In this document: positions 8,372-10,945 of the stretch, piece by piece
Layout of the letters: every line of letters begins with the position of its first letter
Position numbering within the stretch: the first letter of the stretch is position 1
NCBI GenBank assembly: GCA_018400815.1
Contig: JAGYLS010000057.1
Span: 1-10,945, forward strand
Reading direction: 5' to 3'
Source: Candidatus Oleincola secundus
Lineage (GTDB): Bacteria; Atribacterota; Phoenicimicrobiia; Phoenicimicrobiales; Stramentimicrobiaceae
DNA length: 10,945 nt
Notes under the pieces: model-generated
The model's input: the letters and a program-made list of their open reading frames with translations, nothing else
Told to the model about the DNA's origin: nothing
Database searches by the model: none
Position numbers and translations under genes: made by a program

Positions 8372-8399
8372 TACTACATACTATATACTAATTTTAAGA
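8372..8399 (-). repeat. Left arm of the inverted repeat bracketing aspS (inverted family A; contains the aspS stop codon)
   Basis: TACTACATACTATATACTA-A-TTTTAAGA is the reverse complement of 10194-10220: 19 perfect pairs, a 1-nt bulge, then 8 perfect pairs. Confidence 0.9.
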
Positions 8400-10180
8400 T
8401 GCAATTCCTTCAATTGTTCAGGACTGACTCCTGATGGTGCACCTGTTAAAGGACAGGTAGCTTTTTGTGTTTTAGGAAATGCTATTACTTCCCGTATAGA
8501 ATTTGTGCCAGTCAATAACATAACCAACCTATCCATTCCAAAAGCAATTCCTCCATGAGGAGGTGCGCCATATTGCAAGGCTTCCAGCAAAAAGCCAAAT
8601 TTTTGTTCTGCTTCTTGTTGTTTAATACCCAAAAGATTAAATATTTTTTGCTGTAACTCTGTCCGGTGAATACGAATACTACCTCCCCCAATCTCATTAC
8701 CGTTTAATACCAAATCATAAGCTTTGGAACGAACTCGATAAGGATCTTTGTCCAATAAAGAAATATCTTTGTCCACCGGAGCAGTAAAGGGATGGTGCAT
8801 TGATGTATAACGTTTTTCGGCATTGGAATACTCAAATAACGGAAAATTAGTAACCCATAAAAATTCGTATCGATCGTCTTTAATTAAATTTAAATCTTTA
8901 GCTAATTTGATTCGAACCATACCCAGCGCTTGTAAGGTCTGTTCACTGGGTCCGGCAACAATAAAAATTAGGTCACCAGGTACTGCCTGCATTTCTTGCT
9001 TGATTTTTGCTATTTCATCGACAGAAAGATATTTCCCGATAGAAGATTGAATATTGCCATCTTCCTTAAAACGAATATAGGATAATCCCGCTAAACCAAG
9101 TGATTTTACATAGTAATGCAAATCGTCAATATTTTTTCGGGAAAAGGTCTCTGGTTTTTCAGTCTTTAGAGCACTGATTGTTCCATTCTCAGCAACTATG
9201 TTGGAAAACACCTTAAAATCTGCCTCTTTAAATATTTGATTTAAATTATGAATCTCCATCCCATATCTTAAATCAGGTTTATCAATTCCGTACTTAGAAA
9301 TTACTTCATCATAATCATATCTGAGAAAAGGTTTTTTTATTTTTTTGTTTAGTATCTTCTGAAATAAAAGAATCATCAAATCTTCAATAAGGTTAAATAA
9401 TTCATCTCTATCTATAAATGACATTTCAATATCCAATTGAGTAAATTCAGGTGCCCGGTCTGCCCGCAGGTCTTCATCCCTGAAACAACGTACAATCTGA
9501 TAATATTTATCAAATCCACTTATCATAAGTAATTGTTTGAATAGTTGTGGTGACTGAGGTAAAGCATAAAATTTACCAGGATTGACCCGGCTTGGTACAA
9601 TATAATCCCTCGCCCCTTCAGGCGTACTCTTAGTCAAGAAAGGTGTTTCAATATCGAGAAATCCCCTATCATTTAGAAAATTGCGAATGGTCTGACTTAC
9701 TTGATGGCGAATAATAATATTTTTTTTCATTTCCGGTTTTCTAAGATCCAGGTAGCGATATTTTAACCGGAGGTCATCCCCAATTTCGGAATATTCATGT
9801 ATACTAAAGGGGGGCGGTTCTGATTGGTTTAATATATTCATGTCACTCACCTTGACTTCGATTTCACCAGTTTTCAAGTTGGGATTTATAGCGTCTTCCC
9901 CTCTATGAATGACCTCTCCTTTTACTGAAATAACGAATTCATTCCTAATTTTATGAGCCGCAAGGTGCGCATCTTTTGATACTCTTGGATCAAATACAAC
10001 TTGGGTTTTACCCTCACGGTCCCTCAAATCAACGAAAATGAGCCCTCCGTGGTCTCTGCGTGTATTAACCCATCCCATTAATACTACTTTTTCTTTGATA
10101 TTCTTTTGATTCAGTTCTCCACAGTTATGGGTTCTTTTCCATGTGTCCAGGTTATTATTTACTTTTTCGGGTATGCTCAT
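8381..10180 (-). CDS. aspS: Aspartate--tRNA ligase (bacterial type, with GAD insert)
   Basis: [67 protein letters not shown] and [22 protein letters not shown] (10189-10194) is 8 nt from the ATG at 10180; the track's GTG at 10189 overlaps that SD. Confidence 0.98.
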   Translation of the reverse strand: MSIPEKVNNNLDTWKRTHNCGELNQKNIKEKVVLMGWVNTRRDHGGLIFVDLRDREGKTQVVFDPRVSKDAHLAAHKIRNEFVISVKGEVIHRGEDAINPNLKTGEIEVKVSDMNILNQSEPPPFSIHEYSEIGDDLRLKYRYLDLRKPEMKKNIIIRHQVSQTIRNFLNDRGFLDIETPFLTKSTPEGARDYIVPSRVNPGKFYALPQSPQLFKQLLMISGFDKYYQIVRCFRDEDLRADRAPEFTQLDIEMSFIDRDELFNLIEDLMILLFQKILNKKIKKPFLRYDYDEVISKYGIDKPDLRYGMEIHNLNQIFKEADFKVFSNIVAENGTISALKTEKPETFSRKNIDDLHYYVKSLGLAGLSYIRFKEDGNIQSSIGKYLSVDEIAKIKQEMQAVPGDLIFIVAGPSEQTLQALGMVRIKLAKDLNLIKDDRYEFLWVTNFPLFEYSNAEKRYTSMHHPFTAPVDKDISLLDKDPYRVRSKAYDLVLNGNEIGGGSIRIHRTELQQKIFNLLGIKQQEAEQKFGFLLEALQYGAPPHGGIAFGMDRLVMLLTGTNSIREVIAFPKTQKATCPLTGAPSGVSPEQLKELHLKISI

Positions 10181-10188
10181 TTTTTTCA

Positions 10189-10194
10189 CTCCTT
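10189..10194 (-). promoter_or_regulatory. Shine-Dalgarno sequence of aspS
   Basis: The minus strand reads AAGGAG-TGAAAAAA-ATG. Confidence 0.8.
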
Positions 10195-10233
10195 CTTAAA
10201 ATAGTATATAGTATGTAGTATCGGGTATCGGGT
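10194..10233 (+). repeat. Right arm of the aspS-bracketing inverted repeat (10194-10220), continuing as a family-A heptamer array
   Basis: TCTTAAAAT AGTATAT AGTATGT AGTATCG GGTATCG GGT; 10210-10244 also matches 7670-7704 at 34/35. Confidence 0.9.
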
Positions 10234-10261
10234 CAAATACAAGATAATACAGGAAATATCG

Positions 10262-10278
10262 CACCCGCATAGCGGGTG
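10262..10278. other. GC-rich perfect hairpin, possibly an IS200/IS605-type end remnant
   Basis: CACCCGC-ATA-GCGGGTG, a 7-bp stem in very AT-rich context. The minus strand reads AAAACCACCCGCTATGCGGGTG. Confidence 0.5.
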
Positions 10279-10449
10279 GTTTTAAGAATCTCTAAAAGAG
10301 GTTTGACTTTTTAGCTCTTTTTTTTCGATTTTTTATTTATACTTTAGCTATAATATTTCTAAGCAATATAACTTCCAACCTTGGACTTCAGGTGAAAAAT
10401 TGTTATCTAGCTTATCTTAATCTTTTTATGGTAAAACCATTTATTTAAA

Positions 10450-10552
10450 AGTATCGAGTATGTAGTATCGAGTCCTAAATACAGTAATGAGTAATCAGCA
10501 AGAAAAATCAATTGTTCAATTTGCTAATTAAAATCAGTATCGAGTCCTAAAT
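10450..10552 (+). repeat. Composite of family A and family C heptamer modules
   Basis: AGTATCG AGTATGT AGTATCG AGT CCTAAATAC AGTAATG AGTAATC AGCAAGAAAA..., resembling 7454-7510 and 8020-8113. Confidence 0.88.
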
Positions 10553-10576
10553 CTTATAGCGTATAACCTTTTTTTT

Positions 10577-10614
10577 AATTTACCAATTAACCAATTTACC
10601 GGTTTACCAATTAA
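10577..10614 (+). repeat. Octamer tandem array (AATTTACC), ~4.5 units
   Basis: AATTTACC AATTAACC AATTTACC GGTTTACC AATTAA. Confidence 0.85.
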
Positions 10615-10641
10615 TGAAAAAAGTTATCAGTTATTGATTTA

Positions 10642-10756
10642 CAGTTTTCAGTTTTTAGTCAAATGTAATCGAAAATCTTTAGGAAATTATCTTCTCCTCA
10701 TACTCCCCTCACCCCCACCTTCATCCTCCCCCCTCAAGGGGGAGGAAATAAAAGAA
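10642..10756 (+). repeat. Second copy of the 8110-8234 module, with a REP-like hairpin
   Basis: 65/69 identity to 8110-8178; hairpin TCCTCCCCC-CTCAA-GGGGGAGGA (10724-10746) preceded by CCCCTCACCCCCACCTT. Confidence 0.92.
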
Positions 10757-10945
10757 AAGAGTTAATCTCCCCTCAAGAAGAAGGGATTAAAAAAAGAGTT
10801 AGTCCTTCCCTCAAGGGGGAAATAAAAAAAGAGTTAATCCTTCCCTCAAGAAGAAAAAAAACAAAATAATAGTCAGTCCTTTCCCTTCAAGAGGAAGAAA
10901 TAATAGAAAAGTTATTCTTTCCCTCAAAGGCAGGACATTATCTTC
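10724..10945 (+). repeat. Degenerate ~38-bp tandem repeat, six units with a CCCTCAAG core and A-rich linkers; may continue beyond the window
   Basis: Cores at 10731, 10770, 10808, 10843, 10883 and 10921 (spacings 39, 38, 35, 40, 38). Linkers are AAAAAAAGAGTTA-like. Confidence 0.88.

Noticed and set aside
8512..9050. ORFs 8512-8697 (-) and 8823-9050 (+)
   Set aside because: Both lie entirely inside aspS in alternative frames.
10336..10366. Minus-strand sigma70-like promoter for aspS (TTGCTT...TATAAA)
   Set aside because: 19-bp spacing and imperfect boxes in AT-rich DNA; too weak to call.
10190..10450. T-box riboswitch upstream of aspS
   Set aside because: No GGTGGNACCGCG T-box consensus on the minus (sense) strand; the GGGTGG at 10274-10279 is on the wrong strand and lacks ACCGCG.
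10724..10945. Possible CRISPR array
   Set aside because: The period is only ~38 bp, repeats are degenerate, linkers are A-rich and similar to one another rather than unique spacers, and no cas genes are present.

Overview
AT-rich bacterial chromosomal window with every credible gene on the minus strand. In transcription order: aspS, a 1.17-kb non-coding repeat-rich spacer, a dCMP-deaminase-family gene, wecB, a rhomboid protease, a PfkB/1-phosphofructokinase-like protein with degenerate catalytic motifs, a CBS-pair protein, tmk, holB, a PSP1/YaaT(RicT) protein, and a tRNA1(Val) m6A37 methyltransferase-like gene that runs off the left edge and is missing from the ORF track. The genes are mostly housekeeping. 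The unusual part is the non-coding DNA on both sides of aspS (7213-8380 and 10190-10945), a mosaic of short strand-biased arrays of 7-bp units from at least four sequence families sharing an xGT register, plus an 8-bp array, GC-rich hairpins and a ~38-bp tandem hairpin repeat. A 27-bp inverted repeat built from these units brackets aspS exactly: one arm abuts the Shine-Dalgarno and the other contains the last codons and the stop codon. No transposase, recombinase or Cas gene is in the window, so any trans-acting partner is inferred, not seen.
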